From the NCBI GenBank assembly GCA_035513335.1, contig DATKCE010000053.1, forward strand, positions 25,793-89,792: a DNA stretch of 64,000 nt, in the 5' to 3' direction. Below are positions 47,220-55,040 of this stretch, in pieces. Below the pieces are notes generated by a model. It was not told the DNA's origin. It worked only from the letters and a program-made list of their open reading frames with translations, and did no database searches. The translations under genes and the position numbers were made by a program. Every line of letters begins with the position of its first letter. The stretch's first letter is position 1. The DNA comes from Acidimicrobiia bacterium. GTDB lineage: Bacteria > Actinomycetota > Acidimicrobiia > Spongiisociales > ZC4RG35.

Positions 47220-47972
47220 GTGTTCACAACGGGCGGTCTCATCGCCGGCGGCATCGCCGCCTTCATCGTCGGCCTCTCCAAGACAGGACTACCCGGCGTC
47301 TCCCTGGCGGCGATCCCGCTGATTGCGCTGGTGGTGGAGGGGCGGCTCATCCCCGGCGCCACGCTGCCCCTCCTGATCGTGGCCGATCTCTTCGCCATCT
47401 TCTGGTACCGGAGATTCGCCAGGTGGGACCTCCTCCGTGGCCTGACCCCGTCGATCGGAGTCGGATTCGTGCTCGGCATGGCCTTCTTCGTCATAGTGGG
47501 AGCGGCGACACGGCAGTTGGAGCGATCGATCGGGATCATCCTCTTCGTCATCGTTCTGCTCCAGATGTGGCACATGTTCAGAGAGCCGAGCCCCCACCTC
47601 GGTCGGGTGGCGATAGCCGGGTTCGGCATCGGCGGCGGCTTCACCACTTTCGTGGCAAACGCCGCCGGACCGGTGATCAACACCTATCTCGCCGCCCTGA
47701 GGCTGCCCAAGACCGAGTTGCTCGGGACGGCGGCGTGGCTCTACTTCGTGGTCAACCTGGCCAAGATCCCCTTCTATCTGGCGCTCGGCGCCTGGACGGT
47801 GGGCGGGGTCTTCTTCACGGGTGAGAGCCTGTTGTGGAACCTCGCGCTCGTCCCAGGCATCGTCCTCGGGGTCGTGATCGGCCGGCAGGTCTATCACCGG
47901 ATTCCCCAACGGCAGTTCCTCCTCGCGGTTTTGGCACTGTCGGCAGCGGGGGCGCTGGTGCTGATCGTCTAG
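47220..47972 (+). CDS. TauE/SafE family sulfite exporter-like membrane protein
   Basis: GIAAFIVGLSKTGLPG and a duplicated 4-TM architecture. GTG start. Confidence 0.78.
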   Translation: MFTTGGLIAGGIAAFIVGLSKTGLPGVSLAAIPLIALVVEGRLIPGATLPLLIVADLFAIFWYRRFARWDLLRGLTPSIGVGFVLGMAFFVIVGAATRQLERSIGIILFVIVLLQMWHMFREPSPHLGRVAIAGFGIGGGFTTFVANAAGPVINTYLAALRLPKTELLGTAAWLYFVVNLAKIPFYLALGAWTVGGVFFTGESLLWNLALVPGIVLGVVIGRQVYHRIPQRQFLLAVLALSAAGALVLIV

Positions 47973-48616
47973 TCGGCCGCCGCCGCTTGGGGGAGCGGTG
48001 TCCCCTGGTGGAAGCGGAGACGCCAGCCCTCGTTGGTGTTGACCCAGACCGAGGTCCGGTGGGCGTGGCGTTCGACGCCGTCGTAGGTGTCGTGGCTGAT
48101 GTAGCGGGCGAGGGCGACGTCCTCATCGACGAGATCGACCCGGAGGGCCTCGTGAGGGAGGCGAGGCTGCAGGTCGCAGGGCGGCGTGTTAACCGCGTCG
48201 TCACGGGTGTAGGTGCGGCCCGACATCCCCACCTCGCTGAAGTCGGGATGGAGGATCTTGTCCATCCACGCCCCGTCGAAACGGGTCTCGAGCCACAAGC
48301 CCTCCTCGAGATGGGTGAGATAGGGGCCGGTCTGCACGACCGCCGATGTGGGCACCGGTCCATACACGTGCGGGAACTCCTCGCCCCCACCGTCGAGATC
48401 CTCATACACCAGGGTCTGGTCGTCGAGGCCCTCGGTGTCGATGGTGAGCAGGATGAGAGCGTTGTGGTCGATGTATCTCTCCCTGGCGACCGCGGGCAGT
48501 TGCCGCGCAGTCGAGCAGTGCACGAATCCCTCGGCTTCGACGCTGGGTGGGCTGTAGGTGTCGATGCTCCGTGCCCAGTCGGCGGGCTCGGCGAGGTGGT
48601 ATATCGGCTCGGTCAT
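47969..48616 (-). CDS. DUF952 domain protein fused to an NTF2/DUF4440-like domain
   Basis: IYHLAEPADW..GFVHCSTARQL..FPHVYGPV (DUF952), followed by a SnoaL/NTF2-like C-terminal half. Start trimmed to ATG 48616. Confidence 0.7.
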   Translation of the reverse strand: MTEPIYHLAEPADWARSIDTYSPPSVEAEGFVHCSTARQLPAVARERYIDHNALILLTIDTEGLDDQTLVYEDLDGGGEEFPHVYGPVPTSAVVQTGPYLTHLEEGLWLETRFDGAWMDKILHPDFSEVGMSGRTYTRDDAVNTPPCDLQPRLPHEALRVDLVDEDVALARYISHDTYDGVERHAHRTSVWVNTNEGWRLRFHQGTPLPQAAAAD

Positions 48617-48686
48617 CTGCTCACTTCCCTCACCCCACACCAGTACCTCGACCGATGAGGGTCGAAACTTGACCGCTTGGGAGCCC

Positions 48687-48974
48687 TCAGTCGTCGACCT
48701 CGACGATCGTGAGGGTCCGGTCGCAGGCCTCCTTGGCTATGCCGACGATGGCCTGGTATTCGTCCGACTGGTAGGCCTCGATGGCCCGTTGGTAGGTGGG
48801 GAAGCGGACTAGCACGTTACGTGGGTGGTCCTTGCCCTCCATCTGCCGATAGCGGCCGCCTCGGGCGATGAACTCGCCGTCATAGGCCGCCACCACCTGA
48901 CTCGAGCCCTCGATGTACTGCGCGTACTTGTCGTCGTCTGTCACGTCGATGTGGGCGACCCACATTCCTGCCAT
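48687..48974 (-). CDS. DUF1330 domain-containing protein
   Basis: 95 aa. WVAHIDVTDDDKYAQYIEGS..FPTYQRAIEAYQSDEYQ. Confidence 0.8.
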   Translation of the reverse strand: MAGMWVAHIDVTDDDKYAQYIEGSSQVVAAYDGEFIARGGRYRQMEGKDHPRNVLVRFPTYQRAIEAYQSDEYQAIVGIAKEACDRTLTIVEVDD

Positions 48975-49061
48975 CGCGTCTCCTGGTCGCTATGACACGA
49001 CGGTACCCGCGGGGCTCCTTGCTCAACCGCCGGTGTGCGGCTGTTGCGCTGCGAGGGGAGT

Positions 49062-49089
49062 ATGGGGATGCCCGGGCGGGCACCCCCAT
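49062..49089 (-). terminator. 12-bp stem hairpin after the OsmC-family gene
   Basis: ATGGGGATGCCC-GGGC-GGGCACCCCCAT (one G-U pair on the minus-strand RNA), 12 nt after the stop at 49101. Confidence 0.5.
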
Positions 49090-49100
49090 AGCCATCTCTC

Positions 49101-49664
49101 TCAGATCACCTCGAGCGTGGTCTCCACCGGGACCGGGTTGGCCAGGCTGTCGCGGACAGGTGAGGTGTCCTGGACGTACTGACAGAGCGCTTCGAGCTGC
49201 TCCCTCGTTGCATTGGGGCTCGAGACCCGTCCCTTCGCCCGGATGTTGGTGAAACCCGGGCGGGCGCCTTCGAGCCCGAGGAACGAGCGGACATCGAAGT
49301 CTCCCTCGATCTCGTATTCCATCGAGTCGATCTCGATGCCCTTGGCGGCTGCATTGGCCACATATCCCACCGCATAACAGAAGGCCAGGCCCTGGAGCAG
49401 CAGCTCGACGGCGTTGGGCCCTCTGTTGGACCCGAGGAGAACCGGGGGCTCGTCACCTTGGAGCTGGAAAGGGGCATCGCGTGAGGTGTCTTCCTCTCCG
49501 GCGTGACGGAAGGCCAGGATCTTACCCTTGTTGTAAGTGCCTTTCTCCCAGCTACTGGTCGCCCGGAAGGTGAACCAGGCGAGCGAAGGGTCTTCTTTCA
49601 CCGCCTCGATCGTGTTGACGAGCTGGTCCATGTCGATTCCGTTGCTGGTTTTGATCGTTGTCAT
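49101..49664 (-). CDS. OsmC family protein
   Basis: 187 aa, with GPNAVELLLQGLAFCY typical of OsmC/Ohr-fold proteins. Confidence 0.78.
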   Translation of the reverse strand: MTTIKTSNGIDMDQLVNTIEAVKEDPSLAWFTFRATSSWEKGTYNKGKILAFRHAGEEDTSRDAPFQLQGDEPPVLLGSNRGPNAVELLLQGLAFCYAVGYVANAAAKGIEIDSMEYEIEGDFDVRSFLGLEGARPGFTNIRAKGRVSSPNATREQLEALCQYVQDTSPVRDSLANPVPVETTLEVI

Positions 49665-49843
49665 TCATAGCTCCTTCGTTGTCGATCTCTAGGCCGGCCT
49701 TCAGTCATTCAGACGCACGCCGGCCCGAGTCGATTGCGCGGCTATCGATGAAGAGTTGTCCCGGGGATCATCTGTTGGGACCGACCGGTGGGTCGTGCGT
49801 CAGGGGCTGTCGGCGACGTTTCGCGGTGTGTGAAGCGTGGATC

Positions 49844-50773
49844 TCACTCGCCGTGGACCGTTTCGACGACCGGCCCCATCGCCTCGATGGTGGCCGGCGA
49901 CCTGGGCCAGAGGTCACATCTGACCTCGGAGAACCCGAGGTCAGAGAACGCGAGTATGTGCTCTGCGATCTGGTCGGTGCTTCCGCTGACCAGTTTGTCC
50001 ATTGGCAGGCCGACATTTCCGGCCTCCTCCGCGAACTCCTCCGGTACGACCGTGTACAGGTCGAGAGTACGTTCCAGGGTGGCCGGGTCGCGGCCGTGGC
50101 CCTCACATGCGGTGTCGAGCTGGTCGATGATCGGACCCAGGCGTGTCGTGGCCTCCTCCAGCGACTCGTTGCCGCTCCACCAGTTCCAGGCGTCGCCATA
50201 CCGGGCTGCCAGCTCGAGCATCTTCGGCCCTCCGGCCGCGATGTTGATGGGAGGACCTTGCGGTCGCGGCCCGCGCAGGACCATCTCCGCCTGCTTCACC
50301 GAATAGAACTCACCTTCGAAATCGACGAGCCCGTTCTTGAGCAGGCCGTAGATGATCAGGATTGCCTCGGCGAAGCGCGAGTACCTGTGGTCGGTGGGAA
50401 ACCCGAAAGCCTCGTAGTCCGAATCTGGTGTGTTGCCCGCCCCGATCCCGAGCACATACCGGCCTCCGGAGATCTCGTCGACGGTCTCGGCGATCTTCGC
50501 TGTCATCGCCGGTGACCGATAGGGCGAGTTGATCACCGATTGGCCCAGGTCGATCTTCTCGGTCGTGGCCGCGAGAGCTGAGGCGATCGAGAACGACTCC
50601 CAGAGACCGTTGGTTTCGGTCTCGCTCCTGTAGAGCAGCCCGTCCTCGAAGACGAACATGTCGAAGCCGGCCAGCTCGGCGACGGCTGCCCGCTCGTGGA
50701 TCGACATCCATGTCGGCGCCGGTTTGTCGCTGCCAGGACGTCCGTTGAGTTGGTTGATCAGACCGATGCGCAT
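49844..50773 (-). CDS. LLM-class flavin/F420-dependent oxidoreductase
   Basis: Luciferase-like TIM-barrel features (FDMFVFED.., ISGGRYVLGIGAG, F.F..DHRYSRF.E). Confidence 0.82.
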   Translation of the reverse strand: MRIGLINQLNGRPGSDKPAPTWMSIHERAAVAELAGFDMFVFEDGLLYRSETETNGLWESFSIASALAATTEKIDLGQSVINSPYRSPAMTAKIAETVDEISGGRYVLGIGAGNTPDSDYEAFGFPTDHRYSRFAEAILIIYGLLKNGLVDFEGEFYSVKQAEMVLRGPRPQGPPINIAAGGPKMLELAARYGDAWNWWSGNESLEEATTRLGPIIDQLDTACEGHGRDPATLERTLDLYTVVPEEFAEEAGNVGLPMDKLVSGSTDQIAEHILAFSDLGFSEVRCDLWPRSPATIEAMGPVVETVHGE

Positions 50774-50862
50774 GGGAGAGCACCCTAGATGCCGGCCCGC
50801 TGCCGACGTGATGATCAGGGACTTCTGCCCCCATCGCGTCGGGACTTCTGCCCGATGTTCGG

Positions 50863-51384
50863 ATGGCCGGCTCGGGGGATCATGTGGGCATGAACGGAAC
50901 TGGCGCTCCCGAAGCCGAGGCGTGGGCGAAATTGGCTCGATTGATCACGTTGTTCGGCGTGGTGCTAGGCGGGTCGATCGCGGTCATCCTCGTCGTCGGG
51001 TGGCTCAATATGCCGATGTATGAGGATGTGCCTCCCATGGCCGGCCCCGGCGACATGGGAGCCATGGCTCCGCCCGGTGTGCTGTCGGCGGATGAGGTGC
51101 CACCTGCCTTGAAAGAGCACTACGAGGCTGCCCAGACGCACTTCGCGGTCTTCGAGTCGGTTCCCTGTTTCTGTGGCTGCCAGGAGATGCTCGGGCATCG
51201 CCACCTGCGCGACTGCTTCCTCAGACCCGACGGAACCGGGCTCGAGGCCCACGCCCTCGGATGTGGAGTGTGCTTGGGAGAAGCTGCGCAGGTGGCCTCC
51301 CTCATCGAATCTGGTGTGACGGACGTCGAGCAGATCAGGACCGCGGTCGTCGCTTCATGGGGCGACCCCTATTTCGACGATTGA
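50863..51384 (+). CDS. Membrane-anchored PCYCGC-motif protein
   Basis: One N-terminal TM, then ESVPCFCGCQEMLGHRHLRDC (a PCYCGC-type Cys cluster). Exact start uncertain (ATG 50890 is possible). Confidence 0.6.
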   Translation: MAGSGDHVGMNGTGAPEAEAWAKLARLITLFGVVLGGSIAVILVVGWLNMPMYEDVPPMAGPGDMGAMAPPGVLSADEVPPALKEHYEAAQTHFAVFESVPCFCGCQEMLGHRHLRDCFLRPDGTGLEAHALGCGVCLGEAAQVASLIESGVTDVEQIRTAVVASWGDPYFDD

Positions 51385-51400
51385 TCAGCGGAGAGGACTC

Positions 51401-51889
51401 ATGCTCAAGAGAAACGGTCGCAGGCGAGACCCGTCGGTGGTCTGGATGGTCGTGATCGGCGGATTCGCAGTTGGGGCGATGGCCTTGTTCTCGTTCAGAG
51501 CGGCGACGCTCCCCGATGGCGGTGTAGCCGATGGATCTGAGTTCGCGACCCAAGGTTTGGTCGCATCGGGCGGGGTGGTGGTCGAGGGATCGGAGATCGC
51601 GATGGGTCAGGTCCCGCTCAACGTGACGGTGACTCCGACGTGGACTCTGGTCAACGAGAGCGCAGAAGCAGTTTCGTTGGGCGAACCTCACGCCAGTGTG
51701 ATCGAAGGTTGTTGCCCCGGCCCGTTGACCCTGTCGTCCTCGGCGCTCGCTCCCGGTGAGTCGGCCCAGCTCAGTTTCCCGCTGGAAATGCACCCCGGGA
51801 TGGACGGGCCGCATCGCTTCGACATTCACGTTCCAGTCGGAGTCGATGGCGAGTACTTGACCCTCGAAGTGACGGGCGACTTCGGCTGA
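51401..51889 (+). CDS. Membrane-anchored hypothetical protein (beta-sandwich-like, CC motif)
   Basis: N-terminal TM. The extracytoplasmic domain carries GCCPGP. It lies 16 nt downstream of the PCYCGC gene. Confidence 0.55.
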   Translation: MLKRNGRRRDPSVVWMVVIGGFAVGAMALFSFRAATLPDGGVADGSEFATQGLVASGGVVVEGSEIAMGQVPLNVTVTPTWTLVNESAEAVSLGEPHASVIEGCCPGPLTLSSSALAPGESAQLSFPLEMHPGMDGPHRFDIHVPVGVDGEYLTLEVTGDFG

Positions 51890-52021
51890 TCCGCCCGACG
51901 TGTCGTCTGTGCCGTGTGTGACATCCAACGGAACGCATCGTGGCATCCCACGAATCTGGGATTTCGAGAGGTGATTCGACGTCACGCGCTCTTAGCCTGA
52001 GTTCCCCGATGGAGATTCGAG

Positions 52022-52454
52022 ATGATCGTTGAGCGAACCGCCGTTGTCCCCCTCCCCATGGATGAGACGTGGGAGGTGTTCTTCGGAAACGAGATGCAGA
52101 ACTGGCGCGAGCTCTCGGACATGGTCGTGGAGATCCGCGACTATCGAATGCGGGCTGATGGCACGCCTGTACGTGATGGTGAACCAAGCGGGACCCATGA
52201 CGACCAGCCACCGTTCCGACTATGTCGTCTATGACCCTCCTCACCGCGCCGAGGACGACACACTCGAGTCGATGCTGGGAGGGCGTTGGGTCACGATCCA
52301 CGAGCCGGTGGAAGGAGGGACCCGAGTCATCCACCGCTGGGATGTCGAGCCTCACGGGATCATGAAGCTGCTCTTCCCGCTGATTCGTCCCGTCTTCGCC
52401 AGACAGTTTCAGGCCGACCTGGACCAGATGGTGGCCCGGATCACAGTGAGTTGA
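52022..52454 (+). pseudogene. SRPBCC (polyketide cyclase/dehydrase-like) gene split by a +1 frameshift near 52160-52172
   Basis: The N-terminal half (MIVERTAVVPLPMDETWEVFF..RMRADGTP) is in the frame of 52022. The C-terminal half (YVMVNQAGPMTTSH..DLDQMVARITVS) is in the frame of 52029. Together they give one ~143-aa SRPBCC protein. Confidence 0.7.
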
Positions 52455-52737
52455 GCACCGACCCGCCGGTGCATCGGAACAGACACCATGTTCCTCGACC
52501 GCGCCCCGGGCGCCAGCACTCCTGAGTCGATCGATCTCTGGCGCCAGTACAGCCCGGAGATCACGGAGTCACTGTCCGGCTGAGATCAGCCGCTTTCTGG
52601 GAATGGAGAGGTCGCCGAGGGCGGGATCGGGCTACTCGCCCGGTCCCGCCACCACGATCGGTGGCCTCTTCGAAAAGTATCTCTTTGGATACCCTGTTCC
52701 GGGCAAATCTGTCGGGGGCCGCTTGTACGTTCTCGGT

Positions 52738-53907
52738 ATGGGGAAGGGAACGACCTCGCTGAGGGTGATGCCGATCATCATCCCCCGCCTCGAGGATCCG
52801 GCGTCGGCCTCGGTCGACGAGCGCGACGAGCATCTGATGCTCCTGGAGGCGGCACGGCACCATCTCGACATCGAGTGGACCGAGACTCTGGCTGCCGCTG
52901 AGTCAGCAGGCGACCACGATGTCATGGGCTATCCCTCGACGGTGGCCTACCTCGAGCACCGGCTTCGCATGGCCGGCGGCCGGGCCCATCGGTATGTGAG
53001 GAACGCCAGGGCCGCCCTCGAACACGCCGCCACCTTCTCCGCCTGGAGACATCGTCAGATCTCCGGCGACGAGGCCGAGCTCATGTTCCGGGCCGCCGAG
53101 CGGATGCCCGACAAGTACCCGGAGGCCGAGAACGTCCTCCTGGAGTTGGTCGGCGACGGTTTCGACGAGACGAGGAGAGTGCTCGAGTACTGGCGCGACG
53201 ATGTCGACCTCCCTGGTGTGAAGCTCGATATCGAAGACCAGCTGGCCCGGCGCCACTTCGACCTGTCCAGGAAGGCCCACGGTATGGTCGCCGGTGAGTT
53301 CTCCCTGCCCTCGCTGGAAGGCGAGGCGCTGCTCACTGCTGTCGACACCCTGATGCCGCCCTCCGCCGAGGACGACGATAGATCCACCACCCAACGTCGG
53401 GCCGATGCCCTCGGCGACCTCGCCCGCGGCTTTCTCGAAGGCTCTGAGACTCCGATCGTCGGCGGTGAGCGACCTCACATGAACGTCCATGTCGATATCC
53501 CGGCGTTGCGAGGCGATGCCGGCGGTCTCCACGAGACCGAGGACGGGTTCGTGTTAGACCCCTTCGCGATGAGCCAGCTCGCATGCGCTGCCTCGGTTTC
53601 GAGAATCGTGTTCGGTCCGGGCTCCGAAGTCCTCGACGTCGGCCGCAAGACACGGGTGATCCCCGCCGGTCTCCGTCGTGCCGTCGTGGCTCGAGACCGC
53701 ACCTGCGTGCGTCGTGGCTGCGGTCGCTCGGCCAAATGGTGCGACGTCCACCATCTCGTTTCATGGGCAGAAGGTGGCGAGACCGTCATCGACAACCTCT
53801 GTCTCCTCTGCCGCTATCACCACACCCAACTCCACCTCGGGTTGATGACCCTCGAGGACCTGGAGATCACACCCCTCGCCGCAACGGCACGGCGACGAAG
53901 TACCTAG
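52738..53907 (+). CDS. DUF222 / HNH endonuclease family protein (REP13E12-like)
   Basis: C-terminal CVRRGCGRSAKWCDVHHLVSWAEGGETVIDNLCLLCRYHHTQLH HNH motif and a DUF222-like N-terminal region. Start uncertain (ORF opens at 52603). Confidence 0.82.
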   Translation: MGKGTTSLRVMPIIIPRLEDPASASVDERDEHLMLLEAARHHLDIEWTETLAAAESAGDHDVMGYPSTVAYLEHRLRMAGGRAHRYVRNARAALEHAATFSAWRHRQISGDEAELMFRAAERMPDKYPEAENVLLELVGDGFDETRRVLEYWRDDVDLPGVKLDIEDQLARRHFDLSRKAHGMVAGEFSLPSLEGEALLTAVDTLMPPSAEDDDRSTTQRRADALGDLARGFLEGSETPIVGGERPHMNVHVDIPALRGDAGGLHETEDGFVLDPFAMSQLACAASVSRIVFGPGSEVLDVGRKTRVIPAGLRRAVVARDRTCVRRGCGRSAKWCDVHHLVSWAEGGETVIDNLCLLCRYHHTQLHLGLMTLEDLEITPLAATARRRST

Positions 53908-53949
53908 GGGCGGTCCCTTCCCTGAGGGCCATCCCTGAGCGGCGAATTC

Positions 53950-54680
53950 TCACTCCTTCAGCCACACCGAGACGTGCTGTCTGCTCTCGGCCGTGAAAGG
54001 TGAACCCTGCCAGTCGGCGTAGCGCTCGCTGAGCTCCATCCCCGCCATCTCGGCCATCAGGTCGAGCTCGGCCGGCCACACGTAGCGAAACGCATCGAGA
54101 CCTGTCCCACATCGCCTTTGGTCCGGTCGACGTGGTGGGAGATGAGTCCCTGGTTGGCGACGTCGTACTCGTCGATGCCCCATCCCGCGTCATCGGCACG
54201 GAAGACCACGTGCGATTCCCCCGGCGGGAGACGACGCAGATCGGGGACGGTGACCTCGACGACGAATGCACCGTCCGACTCGAGGTGATCGGCGGCGTTG
54301 AGGAAACATCGCACCTGCTCGGCCTGGGTGGTCAGGTTCATGATCGTGTTGAAGACCAGGTAGACGAGGGAGAACGAGCCATCGACACGGGTCGTGGCGA
54401 AGTCGCCCATGACCACTTCGATTGCCTCACCGCCATGCTTGTTGGTCAGCTGTCCGATCATCGGCATTGAGAGGTCGATTCCCGCCACATCCACGCACCG
54501 ACGGGCCAGGGGTAAGGCGATCCTCCCGGTTCCGATGCCGAATTCGAGCACGCGGCCGCCCCGGCTCCGCTCCACGAGGAAGTCGACCACGGGGTCGACC
54601 ATATGACCGGCGAACATGTCCGCGGACGACTCGTCGTAGTGTTCGGCGATGTCGCGATCGAAGTATCCGTGTTCTGACAC
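53950..54680 (-). pseudogene. Class I SAM-dependent methyltransferase disrupted by a 1-nt frameshift near 54083-54090
   Basis: ORF 54057..54680 carries VLEFGIGTGRIALPLA (motif I). The conserved C-terminus RYVWPAELDLMAEMAGMELSERYADWQGSPFTAESRQHVSVW continues in the frame of ORF 53950..54183. The junction reads ..atgcgtttc|gctacgtg... Confidence 0.75.
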
Positions 54681-54709
54681 CTGGGAGATCTAAGGAGGAT
54701 CCTCACTCA

Positions 54710-54856
54710 GACGTAGCCGAATTACTTCCCGCCCTGAATAAGACGGTGAGTAATCACATCTCGAACATCTTCACCAAGCTGCACCTCACCGACCGGGCCC
54801 AGGCTATCTTCGCCGCCCGTGAAGCCGGTCTGGGTCGTGGGTTCTCCCCGACTTGA
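54710..54856 (+). pseudogene. 3' remnant of a LuxR/GerE-type HTH regulator
   Basis: ..DVAELLPALNKTVSNHISNIFTKLHLTDRAQAIFAAREAGLG* matches only the last ~45 aa of a GerE domain. No receiver domain or first helix lies upstream. Confidence 0.6.
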
Positions 54857-54978
54857 CCGTTCCCCCTGGTAACAGCGCTTCTACGGCTGTCGTCTTCAGC
54901 CGGGAGGGGCCTCGCTGGGCGGGCCACCCCCGATGACTTCGAAGAGCAGGGCGACGACCGCACCGACCATGGTCCAAT

Positions 54979-55022
54979 GTGCAAGAAGTCTCGGAATCCG
55001 AGAACTCTTGCTATAGCAACGC
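54979..55022. repeat. 44-bp repeat copy 2 (inverted relative to copy 1), containing TTGCTATAGCAA
   Basis: 35/44 identical to 41454-41497 after reverse complementation. It also contains TCTCGGA-A-TCCGAGA. It lies 18 nt beyond the nrdJ stop. Confidence 0.75.
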
Positions 55023-55040
55023 TGGGTGGACCAATTCACA

